Shown: positions 43,542 to 54,260 of the stretch, in pieces
Layout: every line of letters starts with the position of its first letter
Position numbering within the stretch: position 1 is the first letter of the stretch
From: Chrysomallon squamiferum
Taxonomy: Eukaryota > Animalia > Mollusca
DNA: 64,000 bases
Assembly (NCBI GenBank): GCA_012295275.1
Contig: CM022673.1
Coordinates: 21,390,001 to 21,454,000 of the forward strand
Direction: 5' to 3'
Translations under genes and position numbers: made by a program
Notes under the pieces: generated by a model
The model's input: the letters and a program-made list of their open reading frames with translations, nothing else
Database searches by the model: none
What the model was told of the DNA's origin: nothing

Positions 43542-46500
43542 TTCAGTTCTAATTTGTATGCATGTGTGAAATATTTAGTGCTTCTTTGATAAAATAGAGA
43601 TTCATTTTATCAGTTTTCATAATAGAATTATTTATTTTATTACTTTTTGATCTTTCAATTTAATTCTGAAGTAGTCTTCTGAAATAAAGGCACTTATATA
43701 CTATTGAACTGTTCTTAACTTTAATAATTTTATCTAAATCAGCTTGATTCAGTGTAAAAAAGTATGATGCATTTTAATACCAACGTTTTGTATATCAGCA
43801 ATATTCTTACTGTTTTTCAATGTGTTCCAGAGTGGTCATATTGCAGAAAATCAGAACTGTGATACCTGCCAGTGTTTTGGAGGTGAAGTCAGATGTCTGC
43901 CCAAGACTTGTCCATCCTGTCCACCAGTAACTATGAAACTTTAATCTTTTATTTTTATATATGTTTCTAAAATCTGTTTTGTTTGGGGGTGAGATTGGTT
44001 CTTGTATTTTAAATGTATTTTAATAACAAATGTATTTTTCATCTATTACAAAAATTAATATTATTCTAGAACAAGTAGCTTTGTTTAATTAATTTTAGTT
44101 TAATTTAAGTGCTGAAAGACTAATAATATAAATTAAATAATTTAAAAAATGCAGTAATAGTAGTAGTATTAATAATAATAATAAAAATAAAACAAAGTAA
44201 AACAACAACAACAATAATAATTCAATGGGGTTTTTATAAATTTAAAAAATTACAAAAACTAAATTTACTTGTGGTAAGAAAATGTGAATTAAACATTCAG
44301 TTTGTTAAAGTAAAGTGTTTGCTGTTCAGGGTGAGATTCAGCAGCTGAACAAGGACACATGTCAGTGTGGCTGTCACAGTTGTGCTGCTAGTGAATTCCA
44401 GTGCAGTACAGGCCAGTGTCTCCCAGCCAGTGCTCGATGTGACGGAATTACAGACTGTACAGATGACGAATTTGGATGTGGTGAGTTCTTTAAAGAATTG
44501 ATATGTATGTGTAAATCACATCTTTTCTTTATTCATATTATTAAATGTTTTTAAAATTGAAAAATAATTTGTTTAATCATTATATTTCTAAGGTACAAAA
44601 TTATTTTTTGATTTCTTATAAAATGTTAAAGACATTTTAACTTTGATTATATAGCATATTTTGCAGTTAGGTTTATTAGTAAAAAAAATCTTTAATTATT
44701 TTAAAGGTAAAATATATTTTGAATTAATTTTTGTATAGAAAATTTGATGGAAAACATTCTACTGTAGTTAAAAGAAGAAGACACATATTAAATACTTTTT
44801 TTTACAATATATAGCATATTAAAATTTAAATATTTTAAGGTAGAGTTAATCTAATACACATACTGTTTCAGTTTGTTTGGCAGGCATATTGTAAAGTGGA
44901 TGTTTCAATTTTGTGGTTTCAGCATTCACACCTATGTTTACTGTGCCAGAAATACCAACAACTGTACCTACAATGACAGAAAGTAATAAAACACTCAGCC
45001 CCACCTACACAGAACAGCCGAGTGAGTTCATAGTTCTTTTAATACAACTTCTTTCAAGAAATAACCATAATTTATTATTACTTATTATTATTTTATTTTT
45101 ATTGTTTCTGTAATTTAACCGCCCCTGAAAAATATAAATAAAAATATTTGGAAGAAACTATAATTATCACGTATGAGTACAAAGATTTTGAATTTTATTT
45201 AAAAAAAAAAAATTTTAGACATACTTTCTTACAAAAACAGAAATTGAAATTTTATTTTATAATCTACATTTTGTTTTTTATAAAGATAAAACTTCTCAAA
45301 ATTATAATTTCATAATATAAACATAATTTATATATTTATTTTATTTTATGAAACAAACCATATAATTTCACTGTTTCTGTTAATTAATATACATTTTACT
45401 GACTTTGGAAGGTAATGCTTTTTATAATAGAGAATTGTTTGAGAATGTTTTGACTATAAAAACCTCTGTACTGTTTTACAGAAGTCACACCTGCCAAACC
45501 CACATCTAAAACTGTGTCTACAATCCAGCCTCCCAGTGAGTACAGTTATCTAATAACATCTAATTTTGTCATTTTAATAATACACTGACAACTATGATAG
45601 ATCTTTTGGAAAATGTATACATGTTTTTAAACAGAAATATGTTATCACAGAACTTTATTTTATGAAAAATTTTAAATATTTCTTTGACCTTTTCTAATAA
45701 GATGATATACCAATAGAAAATGTGGTCTTTATATTTAAGAAGAATGATTAACATGGTTTGAAAATATTTAAACTAATTAATTGTTAATGAAAAATACATT
45801 TTTTTATTTCATTAATTCCTATGTTTATTTTCAATCGAAACAAAAGTAATACTTAATAATAATTTTTATAAATGAATGAAAAGAAAATTATTGGTAATAG
45901 GATGGAACTAAACCATTATAATAATTTAAAAGGCAGATAACATCGTCATTTTAAAAAATTATACTGCAAAATTTATATTAAAACCTAGAAGATCCATACA
46001 GTAAGAGTTGTTGTAAGATATGATAAAACAAAACAGAGGCTGTGTTATTTCAGACTCGTGTGCGTCAGTTGTGTGTCTGTCACCAGTTCATCCCGCTCTG
46101 AATGAAGGTGAAGTTGCCAAGTTAGTGAAGACACAGGATGGATGTTGTGACACGTACATGGTGCTCTGTGAACCCACCCAGTGTCGGGCTCCGCCTACCT
46201 GCTCTAAACCCATGGTAGCTGTGCAGAGAGGAGACAACAGATGCTGTCCTAAATACCAGTGTGGTAAGTTCTTCTGTTTTAATCTGGAATCACAAATGTT
46301 TCTTTCTACACACGTACGTATAAATCTTACAGTGATACACTTTAAATGTAGAATATGGTTAAGTTCCTTAATTTGTTTATATATTAATTATAATCTTATG
46401 TGATCTCCAGTAGGCATATATAATAACATTTGTTGAATTATTCTTAAACAATTTTCAGTAGATATGCATTTTTATGTCAATTAATTTAACATCAATCCAT

Positions 46501-47891
46501 TGTTTAAGTGATCCCATTTCTAAATTTTATATTAATACAGCATCTCAAATTTTTGTTCTTCCAGAAGATGAAATCTCTTTATGTATTATATCTTAGCAAT
46601 AAGCAAACATTTCCTTTTTATTTCAGTTTGCCCACCTCGATGTCCACGCCCAGCTGAGCCTCCTTGTGCCGCTGGTTCCCAGGTTGTTGAAGTAGTCACT
46701 GAATGTGGCTGTACAACCAAGGCTTGCAGTAAGTGACAGCTGCACTATTTAGTTACACGTTTTGATTACTGCTACTGCCATTATTGTTGTTGTTGTTATT
46801 ATTATTATTATTATTGGAATAAAGTTATTCTTATTTGTTTTATTAAATGCTAACCTCAGAATTTCTGGTAATTGCTAGTGCCATACATTTTCATTAAAAA
46901 CATTTGGCTGAAATAAGGTAAAATCTTGTTAAAAATTATTTCTTAATAATTGTGCTAGAGATTTAGATAATTATCAGAGTCACTGTCAGTTGTAATTTGT
47001 TAATATTAAGCTGTTCCTTTTTTCTTTTTTTGAATGTTTGTATTAAGCATTTATCTTTAATCTTATTTTGTATTCCAAATAGATGATAATGATATCATAG
47101 TATATATATGTATATACAGAGCTACCTTGACTTACGAGTTTAATTTGTTCCATGACCGAGCTCGTATATCAGTTTGCTAATATATCAAATCAATTTTCTC
47201 AAATTAATTGAAATACCATAAATCTGTTCCACCCACCCAAAACCACCCCATTTTTTTGTAATGTGTTTTGAAATAAGAAAAATGTATTTATAAATGACAA
47301 ATATTGTATAAACAAAACAAAAGAGAATGTAAAGAAATAAATTGGTTTTGTAAAGTGTACAGGGTTAGGGTTTCTCCATCTTTTCATGGACAGAGGTCTG
47401 CAGGTTAGAAATTATTTTAATGCCTTTAACTGGAGTTATAACCTTTATTGACTCCTGCTTCAGTAAGGTAATATCGCAGAAGTACTCTTTAGCCAAGTCG
47501 ACTACATGCACACTTCATTCATGTTTTTCTCTGATTACATGCTTTAATTTGATGGACATCTTCCACTTCTTCTTCTCAGCACTGTCCTTTGCACTCACTT
47601 TCTTAGGATCCATGGTGAGAAAAATCAAATTTGGCAAAATACTGCACGAAATGTGAACAGAACACAAGAGAGATGTTTTAACCTGCACATTCCTTGAGAT
47701 CCTGCACTGGAAGTAAACGAGTGAGACGTGGGATGCTAGGCGGGTGTTGTGTTGTTCGTTGCGCCAGCTAGCGACATCATATATAAAGCTTCCTTGTAAT
47801 TTGGATTTTAGCTCGCAACTCAAAGCAAAAAATCAACTGTAACTTGAAAGAGTCATAATTTTGGTGCACTCGTAAGTCGAGGTACCACTGC

Positions 47892-47930
<39 letters not shown>

Positions 47931-50641
47931 TATTTGTAATGTATATTTTCTCTGCAGTTGTCAAGAAACCCACAGATCACCCAGTTTTGTTTGGCACTAC
48001 CATTGCTCCACCAGTTCCATCCTGTCATTATGTGATGACAAAGACAGTAGTTAATGGAACAGAAAGAGACATAAGCAGTCCAACAGAAGTCATCCACCAT
48101 GTAATGTTGTTAAAATGTTGTACCAGTATATGATTGTGTTTTCTCTGTTATTGTTAAATCTATCAAAGTTATTATCTAAATCTCGTAAATGTGAATAATA
48201 TGTTGCATTTAGTTATTTTCTGTTATTATAACACAATAATTGCTTTAATCATATATTTCAACAGTATGTTGTTATCACTCTGTACTGATGTGCATTATTA
48301 CTTCAAACAGATCAGATATTCTAGTGGTAAGAAAATTGTTTGATAAACATATCTGCTGCTATTCCACAGCCTCCACTGAATTTATTCCGTTTGAACCATT
48401 CTGAACTTTTTGTTAACACTATTTGTATTAATGAGTTTATTATAGTTTATTGTTTGTAATTTCACAGGCTGGAGAAAGATGGAATGACGGATTGTGTAAG
48501 ACGTGTCAGTGTGTTAACAGCACAACAGGAACACCACAAACAAGCTGTCAGACACAGGCCTGTGTGCCATGCAAACCAGTTAGTTTCTTTTCTTCTCTTC
48601 TTGCTTATGGTTATGGTTAGCGTGAATGTAACTATATATGTGTTCTAAAGAAACATTTCTGGCTTAAATATTGTACCTGTCACAATACAAACTATACAAA
48701 ATGTGATGTTATTAAGATAAATGTAGTTTTTATACTGATAAACTAGATAAAATATGCAGGAAACCCAGTTTAGAATGATTTGATGTTTGTATATATATAT
48801 ATCTTGTGGTGTTTTCAGGGTGAGCAGAGAGTGATGAAACCAAACGACTGCTGTGGAGAATGCAAAGCTGTCGGATGTGTTGACAGTGGACATGTTTACA
48901 AGGTTTGCTCAATTAGTTTCGTGGCAAAAGCAAAACTAAAGAAATTTTACCTGAACAAGAACGATTTGGACATGTTCATTCCATGAACTAACAGTTTCTT
49001 CAAGAAAACTAACCATCTGTAAAACTATTATTGTGTTGTCTAGGTCTTTTGACTTTATTTTCAGTAAAACGTGATGCCTGATCTGATTGCTTTTGAAATG
49101 TTCTTACAGTATATTTTTATAAAGATTTCAGTATTTTCTATAATATTCCATTTGTTTATACTTTCAGATATTAACAAATGATATTTATGTATGTTTTGAT
49201 CATTTCAGTCTGGTGATGAAATCCCATCTACAAGAAACTGTTACAAGAAGAAGTGTGTTTTCAACGTGTTTGATGGAACGTACATCGTTCAGGACTCGCA
49301 GGTCACGTGTGAACGTCTGGAAAACCTCCCTCCTTGTCAGGCAGTGAGTCTTACGTAACAAATACGTCTTATCTTTATTTTATAGCTGGTTTTGTTGTGT
49401 TTTTCAGCCTTACAGTTAGATTTTGTTAAATTGTTGTTTTTATTTATTTTACTTTCTAAATAATGCTAACATGATTCTTGTAAAAATAATATATAATGAA
49501 GGTGGCAATGTCATGAATATTTGATTTTCATATATTATATTGTGTGAATGTTTGTGGGTGTGTATATGGGTATTTGTAAATACATAATATTTCAGATTTT
49601 TCACGGTGTGCCTGATAGCAATAAGAAATTTTGTTTATTTCAGAATGTCTTAAAATATGATGACTCAGGTTGTTGTCGGAAATGTGTTCCAAAAGGTAAT
49701 TGTATTTTCTCTTACATTTTTTGATCACTGTCTTAACACTCAGACTTGTTACAATAACAAGACAAATGAAATGCAAGTGACAGAAACATCTCTTTTCAGA
49801 CAGACATGCCAATTTTATAAATTATTTTCACATGGATGTCAGTAGACTTGAACCTGAAATCCACTTTATCTATATAGTTTTATAGTTTTCCACATACTGG
49901 ATAATCTTTAACATCTTATTTGAAACAGATGATTAATATTGAGAAAAAGGAGATGAGTTTTAATACTTTTCTGTAAGACAGATTCATCCTAATAAGATTA
50001 CAAATACAATAGGATGGACATAAGTCGTCTTCTAATTATACAAATTAAAAGCTACCAAACGATAAAAATAAGAAAATAAAAATGATACAAAAAGTTTACA
50101 TTTTTCTTTTAAATATTTAAATGACACCTAGTATTTTGATTAAATCTAATCCTTCTTAAATAATACAAATCTAATGCACTCAGCTAATTACTTAAAATAA
50201 AGTCAAATTTTAGAATATTTGTAAACTTTCTAAAACACTTCTGAACCTGTTAAAATAAATTGTTTCTGAAGTATGTGATTAATGTTTTTTTAAGAAATTA
50301 TGCCAACAAATGCATCAAGTGTGTGCCAGACGTGTTCTCCGCGCCTCGTGTTTGGCCAGCCACAGCAGTCAATAGGTTTCTTCAAAACTCACGACCAGGG
50401 AGAACTGTGTGAGAACACACAGCCAGTGCAAGACCTCAAGGAATGTGCAGGTTACTGTGCCTCTACTTCACACTACACGGCACTGATGGGAGGATTCTCA
50501 AACAAATGTAACTGTTGCCAGCCAGCCCACACAGTCACAAAGACGATAGAACTGCTATGTGCTTCCAGCGGCAGGAAAGTGACAAAATCTTACACTGTGC
50601 CAGAAACTTGCGGATGCATGGCTTGTTCTGGAGGAAACTGA
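368..50641 (+). CDS. Giant secreted VWF/gel-forming mucin-like (hemocytin/SCO-spondin-like) protein; 5'-incomplete, 66 exons in window, ~8,300 aa
   Basis: All large + strand ORFs join into one reading frame through GT..AG introns with matching phases, once the few apparent indels are allowed for. The stop is TGA at 50639-50641. Recognisable motifs: VWD ([19 protein letters not shown]), C8, TIL, WxxW/CysD, F5/8C, LDLa and CTCK. The signal peptide and any D1-D2 domains must lie upstream of the window. Confidence 0.93.
1421..3251 (+). CDS. Mucin exons 1421-1532, 1753-2073, 2370-2763, 2951-3251: VWD-C8-TIL-E (D3-like assembly)
   Basis: [14 protein letters not shown]; [16 protein letters not shown]; [11 protein letters not shown]; [28 protein letters not shown]...WRSNELC, which closely resembles the C8-3 region of MUC2/MUC5/VWF. 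Confidence 0.93.
3586..7828 (+). CDS. Mucin exons 3586-4001, 5396-5473, 5798-6208, 6468-6602, 7019-7197, 7681-7828: two WxxW/CysD domains and F5/8C domain 1
   Basis: [20 protein letters not shown] and [23 protein letters not shown]. Discoidin motifs [29 protein letters not shown]. Confidence 0.9.
4236..4939. mobile_element. Possible MITE in a long mucin intron (4002-5395)
   Basis: Imperfect inverted repeat TACGTGTGGATAACG (4236-4250) and CGTTATCCGCATGTA (4925-4939), 13/15 matches, both ending in TA. Internal GGATAACG motifs at ~4640 and 4919. Confidence 0.35.
5537..5582. repeat. (TG)n microsatellite; similar TG/CA runs at ~33605-33642, 55373-55412, 60777-60814, 63277-63305
   Basis: Seen directly. 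Confidence 0.9.
8141..12603 (+). CDS. Mucin exons 8141-9901, 10233-10994, 11342-11700, 12139-12603: His/Pro/Thr repeat, four WxxW domains, PTS linker
   Basis: ORFs 8233-9972, 10181-11005, 11296-11727 and 12087-12662; all four are phase-1/phase-1 exons. Exon 11342-11700 needs one extra T near 11661 to read [12 protein letters not shown]. Confidence 0.88.
8170..9550 (+). repeat. Exonic 36-bp minisatellite, ~38 copies, encoding (P/H)HPTGVSGET(P/A)T
   Basis: Consensus ACACCTCACCCAACAGGAGTGTCTGGAGAAACACCC in tandem, with a few truncated units at ~8650-9090. Confidence 0.95.
11818..11903. repeat. Short intronic direct duplication (~37-bp core)
   Basis: AACAACTTTGTCAACATCCTTAATGAATGCTTT occurs twice, ~45 bp apart. 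Confidence 0.8.
12898..26840 (+). CDS. Array of ten tandem F5/8 type C (discoidin) domains, each on an A+B exon pair followed by a PTS linker
   Basis: A/B exons: 12898-13048/13581-14126; 14345-14480/14676-15166; 15552-15681/16892-17535; 17659-17800/18143-18516; 18803-18947/19421-19926; 20294-20435/20752-21230; 21463-21601/22075-22604; 22864-23011/23313-23770; 24036-24183/24489-25198; 25979-26129/26531-27540. The shared pattern is C..(P/S)MG...GR...GAWxP | ..QWI(M/Q)VD..TQG..WV..YS.DG..F.GN.D..ARY(I/V)..P..W..RF.ILGC. Confidence 0.93.
16082..16823 (+). mobile_element. Non-autonomous Tigger/pogo (Tc1-mariner superfamily) DNA transposon, intronic
   Basis: 23-bp TIRs CAATGGTATCTCGAGTTACGAGT (16082) and ACTCGTAAGTCAAGATACCACTG (16801-16823), with TA on the left flank. 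A decayed transposase N-terminus [32 protein letters not shown] (CENP-B/psq HTH type) starts at 16328. A second copy lies at 47117-47890. Confidence 0.88.
17265..17490 (+). repeat. Exonic 36-bp repeat, ~6 copies, encoding GQTGGVPS(I/F)(K/R)P(T/S)
   Basis: Seen directly in ORF 16827-17582. Confidence 0.85.
24885..25198 (+). repeat. Exonic 36-bp repeat, ~8.5 copies, encoding [12 protein letters not shown]
   Basis: CCAACTGTGATACCACCATCTGGACAAACAGGAAAA in tandem. Confidence 0.92.
26890..32623 (+). CDS. Mucin WxxW/CysD block: 3' part of exon 26531-27540, exons 27903-31373, 31605-31940, 32459-32623 (12 WxxW domains)
   Basis: Repeated W(S/T)xW(I/V/L)NxDxP..GDxE...C...DY(K/E)(I/V)RYxCxC. Exon 27903-31373 carries three apparent frameshifting indels (~28141, ~29370, ~30001). 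Confidence 0.9.
27923..30700 (+). repeat. Intra-exonic 405-bp (135-aa) tandem repeat, 7 near-identical WxxW-domain+linker units
   Basis: The anchor CAACTGTGTTCAGTCAGC recurs at 27923, 28329, 28734, 29139, 29548, 29953 and 30365. Confidence 0.95.
33179..37019 (+). CDS. Mucin exons 33179-33414, 33713-34118, 34364-36640, 36918-37019: internal TIL-E module and seven WxxW domains
   Basis: [26 protein letters not shown]; [16 protein letters not shown] 34345-36702 contains six WxxW domains. Confidence 0.92.
37309..42973 (+). CDS. Mucin exons: F5/8C no.12 (37309-37508, 37920-38045, 38352-38487), three WxxW exons (38841-39188, 39508-39855, 40175-40522), linker 40882-41055, F5/8C no.13 (41483-41790, 42036-42186), WxxW 42575-42973
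   Basis: Discoidin motifs ([18 protein letters not shown]; [14 protein letters not shown]) and WxxW motifs; canonical GT donors with matching phases. Confidence 0.9.
38841..40527 (+). repeat. 667-bp exon+intron tandem triplication (three WxxW exons, two copies of the intron)
   Basis: ORFs at 38891, 39558 and 40225 are spaced exactly 667 bp apart. Introns 39189-39507 and 39856-40174 are almost identical. Confidence 0.95.
43298..49695 (+). CDS. Mucin C-terminal Cys-rich exons (43298-43494, 43831-43926, 44330-44480, 44923-45021, 45482-45535, 46054-46263, 46627-46728, 47958-48100, 48468-48578, 48819-48902, 49209-49343, 49644-49695): TIL-like, LDLa and VWC-like modules
   Basis: LDLa: [36 protein letters not shown]-like: [30 protein letters not shown] and CCPKYQCVC. 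Phases join without stops. Confidence 0.87.
47117..47890 (-). mobile_element. Non-autonomous Tigger/pogo DNA transposon, second copy, reverse orientation
   Basis: TIRs CAGAGCTACCTTGACTTACGAGT (47117) and ACTCGTAAGTCGAGGTACCACTG (47868-47890) inside TA runs. Minus-strand ORF 47515-47823 ends [32 protein letters not shown]. Confidence 0.88.
50295..50641 (+). CDS. Terminal mucin exon: C-terminal cystine knot (CTCK)
   Basis: C..C....C...ECAGYC...KCNCCQP...LLC...TCGCMAC, with the CxGxC and CxC knot signatures, followed by TGA. Confidence 0.93.
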
Positions 50642-50894
50642 ATGGCACTTGTATATTACTGAACATTTTATTGAACATTTTTAAATAACAGAAGAAAAAT
50701 CATTAAATATTATTTCCGGTGACATTTTATGACCTAAAGATAGTTGTTCTGTGTGCACAAAGTTTGAAACTTTATTTTTGTGTTTTTGTTGGAACACGGA
50801 TTAATGAAAGAAAAAGTTTATATATGTTTAAGTATATACGTTTTTGTTAAATGCTTCCTTCAAAATTAGTTCTATTATGTTAAATAAGTATTAC

Positions 50895-50900
50895 AATAAA
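50895..50900 (+). terminator. Candidate polyadenylation signal of the mucin gene
   Basis: AATAAA ~255 bp after the stop codon. A second AATAAA lies near 51100. In AT-rich DNA this is weak evidence. Confidence 0.4.
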
Positions 50901-53900
50901 TAACTAATTATCTATGTATTTATAATATATCTACAATACAGTATCATAAAAATGTCATTGTACTAAAATAACAAATCAAAAAATTTAAAAAGAGAAGAAA
51001 GAAAATAACATTTCTGTTCTTTGTTTATTAAAACATTCATAACTTAAAACACATCAGGACAAAATATCTAAGGTCATACTTGTGTATTTTATAATGATAA
51101 ATAAACACATATATTTTTACAGTAATTATTTTGTGGTTTATAGTTGATTTTTTCCAAAAGAAGAAAAAGGAAAAAAAAAAAAAAAACGTTCAAGAAAGCA
51201 TCACATATTTGTTCAATCTCAGCAGGATATCGTAAGACGTATTTCTTTCATCCTGTAATTCTTAATAGATATTTAACACAATAACGTTAGTAACTCATTA
51301 ATTAACTAATTAATTCATTCACGTATTTGTTTGGGTGTGTTTGTTTATTTATGTACAGTTTTGTATGTATTCCGACAATCGAACTGGGAATGTCTGTACA
51401 TAATGCATTTTTTATATATCATTTTTACAAATTTTGATCACTGCAAATCGTCACATTGCTAATTATCTAAATCAAGAACCACAGCTAATTTCATTCTTAA
51501 CGTCTCTTTCTCTCTCTACCCCCCCCCCCACAAAATGTCAAACAAAGAGGACGCAAAAGATACGATACTGGTTTTCTTTTCACTTTTATTATTTTAAAAT
51601 TTAAGATAAACAAGACATATTTTACACCAAGTAACGGTGATAATATTTTTCAAACAAAGTATTAGTTTCAATTCATTAATAATATTGTTTGTAAAAGTGA
51701 TTAGATTCTTCAATGGGATTATATTAGAATTCAATACAGTCTGAGGATATTAATATTACCACAATGTTTTGATTTCATTTTAAAAAATGGTTCTGCAGAT
51801 GTTGCCGACCAGTTTAATAATTACATAATTTCAGTACTGATTTAATTCATAACCAGTTACTTTATAAAATTTCCAACGATATCGAATAATAATAAGAAGA
51901 AGAAGAAGTAGAAGAAGAAGAACAACAGCAAAAACAATTTATTGTAGTTGAAATAATAATAATAATAATAATAATAATAAACCATGTTAGCGGGACAATG
52001 AAACCACATCTCAAATAGTATTGTATTTTTATTTATATATATATATATATATTTTTTTTTTATTGCGCTGAACTGTACATTTACTCGTTTTTCCGGTTAT
52101 TCGTTCATTTAATTATTTATTCATTCTTAACACACCCATAATAACCATCCGTCGATTGCTCTTTACGTCTTTGTGGATGTTTCAGCCGTCTGAAACCAAG
52201 GACATCAATAAACTTCAGATATCATTGTTGACAAAAAGTTTTCCCGACTATATTGTGAGCCGACATGGATACACATTATAGTCTCGACGTAACCTAACGC
52301 TTTAAAGATGATTCAGTTTACCAAAGATTATTTCAGATCCTCTGTCAATACAAATTACAAAAGAATAGTTACCTTTATTTAGGCTTTTTGAAAATACGTA
52401 TATCTGGCGAAATTTATACTTTACGACCCCGCTTTATTTCTGTCTCTTTATTTTTTCACGTAGTTTTTTTTTTAACAGTGTTTAGCAGTAGAAGAATTTT
52501 TTTAAACAGTGTTTACATGTAAAGTAAAATTCCCACAGAACGTAGACAAAACTGTTGTTTTATTTACAACTTTCGACTACTCTTAAAAAAAAAAAAAAAT
52601 ATCATAGTAAAATACAAGCTTATGAAAATGCATGAAGCTTGACATTTCATGCAAAGAAAAATAATAATTTTAAAAGACACTCCTTAATAGCCATTATGTC
52701 AGTGTTTACACGTTTTCGGTGCTTGCTCTGTTGAATATCTTAATGCCCAACACACCTATTTGCTTACCAGTCACGCTTGATATGAAAACTTATTTCGGGA
52801 AAGATCTCTTCACTCACTATACAGTCAAAATATTTGAAATGGATTACAACTGAGGCGTCACGCTGTTAACACTTCATATACGCGAAATAATCTACAGCTC
52901 AAAATTATTAACTCGTTAACGATGTAAGTAAATATAGGACAACTAATATTTTTTGACAAATAAATTTTGCACAAGTGAAATTTAATACATTAAAAAATAA
53001 TAAAGCAAACAAAATAATCATAAATCAATATAATAATAATTTTCATAATGAAAACAGACGGAAAAAAAAAGACACAAAATTAACGACATTAGAATTAACG
53101 GCTATTAGGCATCAGTCGTAAGTTTCTTAACGATGGGAAAACGAAATCACCACAACATTTCAGTTAATTTGCATCAGTCGTATTATTTGTTAATTACAAT
53201 CAGATCAGATGTTTGTAAATCCTTATGTCTCAAAGCCTGCATTCATAATTTTTGAAAATGTCAAGCATGTTGGAATGGCGAATATTATTTGAAATTATCT
53301 AAGCAAATTTAAATCGTGTTAAAATTAAAAATTCTGCGAAATCCTTTCAGAAAAGGCTTATGAAACATCAGTCATTAGTTCGGCTGGTGCAGCATTCCAC
53401 GCTCCGTTTGATAAAAGCTGATTACACGTGTAAGTCGGATATGCAGTGAGAACATTATGAAGGGAATATATGGGTGCAAAACCTCACCCCAACGACTTTT
53501 TGAATAGAACGTGATTGCAGAGTAGCCTTCTTTAGCAACAGCATGTTCCGTGTTAATGAGGTAGAAAATGAAGGTAAATAAATAACATTAGTAAAAAATA
53601 ACGTATACATCTCGTTCGTTATATTCAGTTTTCAATAGCGATAACTGACGACTGGGTGCGGAGAAGAAACAGGTATAATTATTTGTTATCTGTGAGTCAC
53701 AATCTGTGTGCAAGTTACCGCTCAAGTCTGCATTCCACCTTGACTTTTTCTCTTTTCCTTACTGTTTGTTTATTTCCAATATACACACTGTATATATATA
53801 TATATATATAATATATATGATTTTATTGACGCAGATACACACAAACGAGAGAATATACAATCACCCTCAAACTCTTTCAAACACACAACACACAGTAATA

Positions 53901-53949
53901 CCCGGTAAAACGCATGATATGGTCATAAGCAGGTTACTAATCCACAAAC

Positions 53950-54062
53950 GAAAATGTTTGTGTGTGTGTAAACTGTAATTCATTATCCGGTAAGACTCAA
54001 GTGAAAATGTTTGTGTGTGTGTAAACTGTAATTCATTATCCGGTAAGACTCAAGTGAAAATG
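53950..54062. repeat. Perfect 53-bp tandem duplication in the intergenic region
   Basis: GAAAATGTTTGTGTGTGTGTAAACTGTAATTCATTATCCGGTAAGACTCAAGT at 53950 and 54003. Confidence 0.9.
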
Positions 54063-54188
54063 GTACGCATAACAACAGTATGTTATTGCAGTATCAAACA
54101 GTTCGAGATGTTTGCTTCTCTCTAAATTTCAAAGTATGAACACTTACTTCCTGGTTATTAAAATAACAATAAAGATAATAAATAAATA

Positions 54189-54189
<1 letters not shown>

Positions 54190-54219
<30 letters not shown>

Positions 54220-54260
54220 CTAAACTAAACTAAACTAAACTAAACTAAACTAAACTAAAA
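54190..54260. repeat. (TAAAC)n pentanucleotide microsatellite
   Basis: Seen directly. Confidence 0.9.

Noticed and set aside
368-50641. Interpretation as a pseudogene or as several separate genes
   Set aside because: Splice phases chain continuously, no internal signal peptides or nonsense codons were seen, and the few indels look like homopolymer or repeat errors.
368-50641. Assigning a symbol such as MUC2, MUC5AC, VWF, SSPO or Hml
   Set aside because: The architecture matches none exactly (no VWA, no TSP1, no D4), and orthology cannot be established without a phylogeny.
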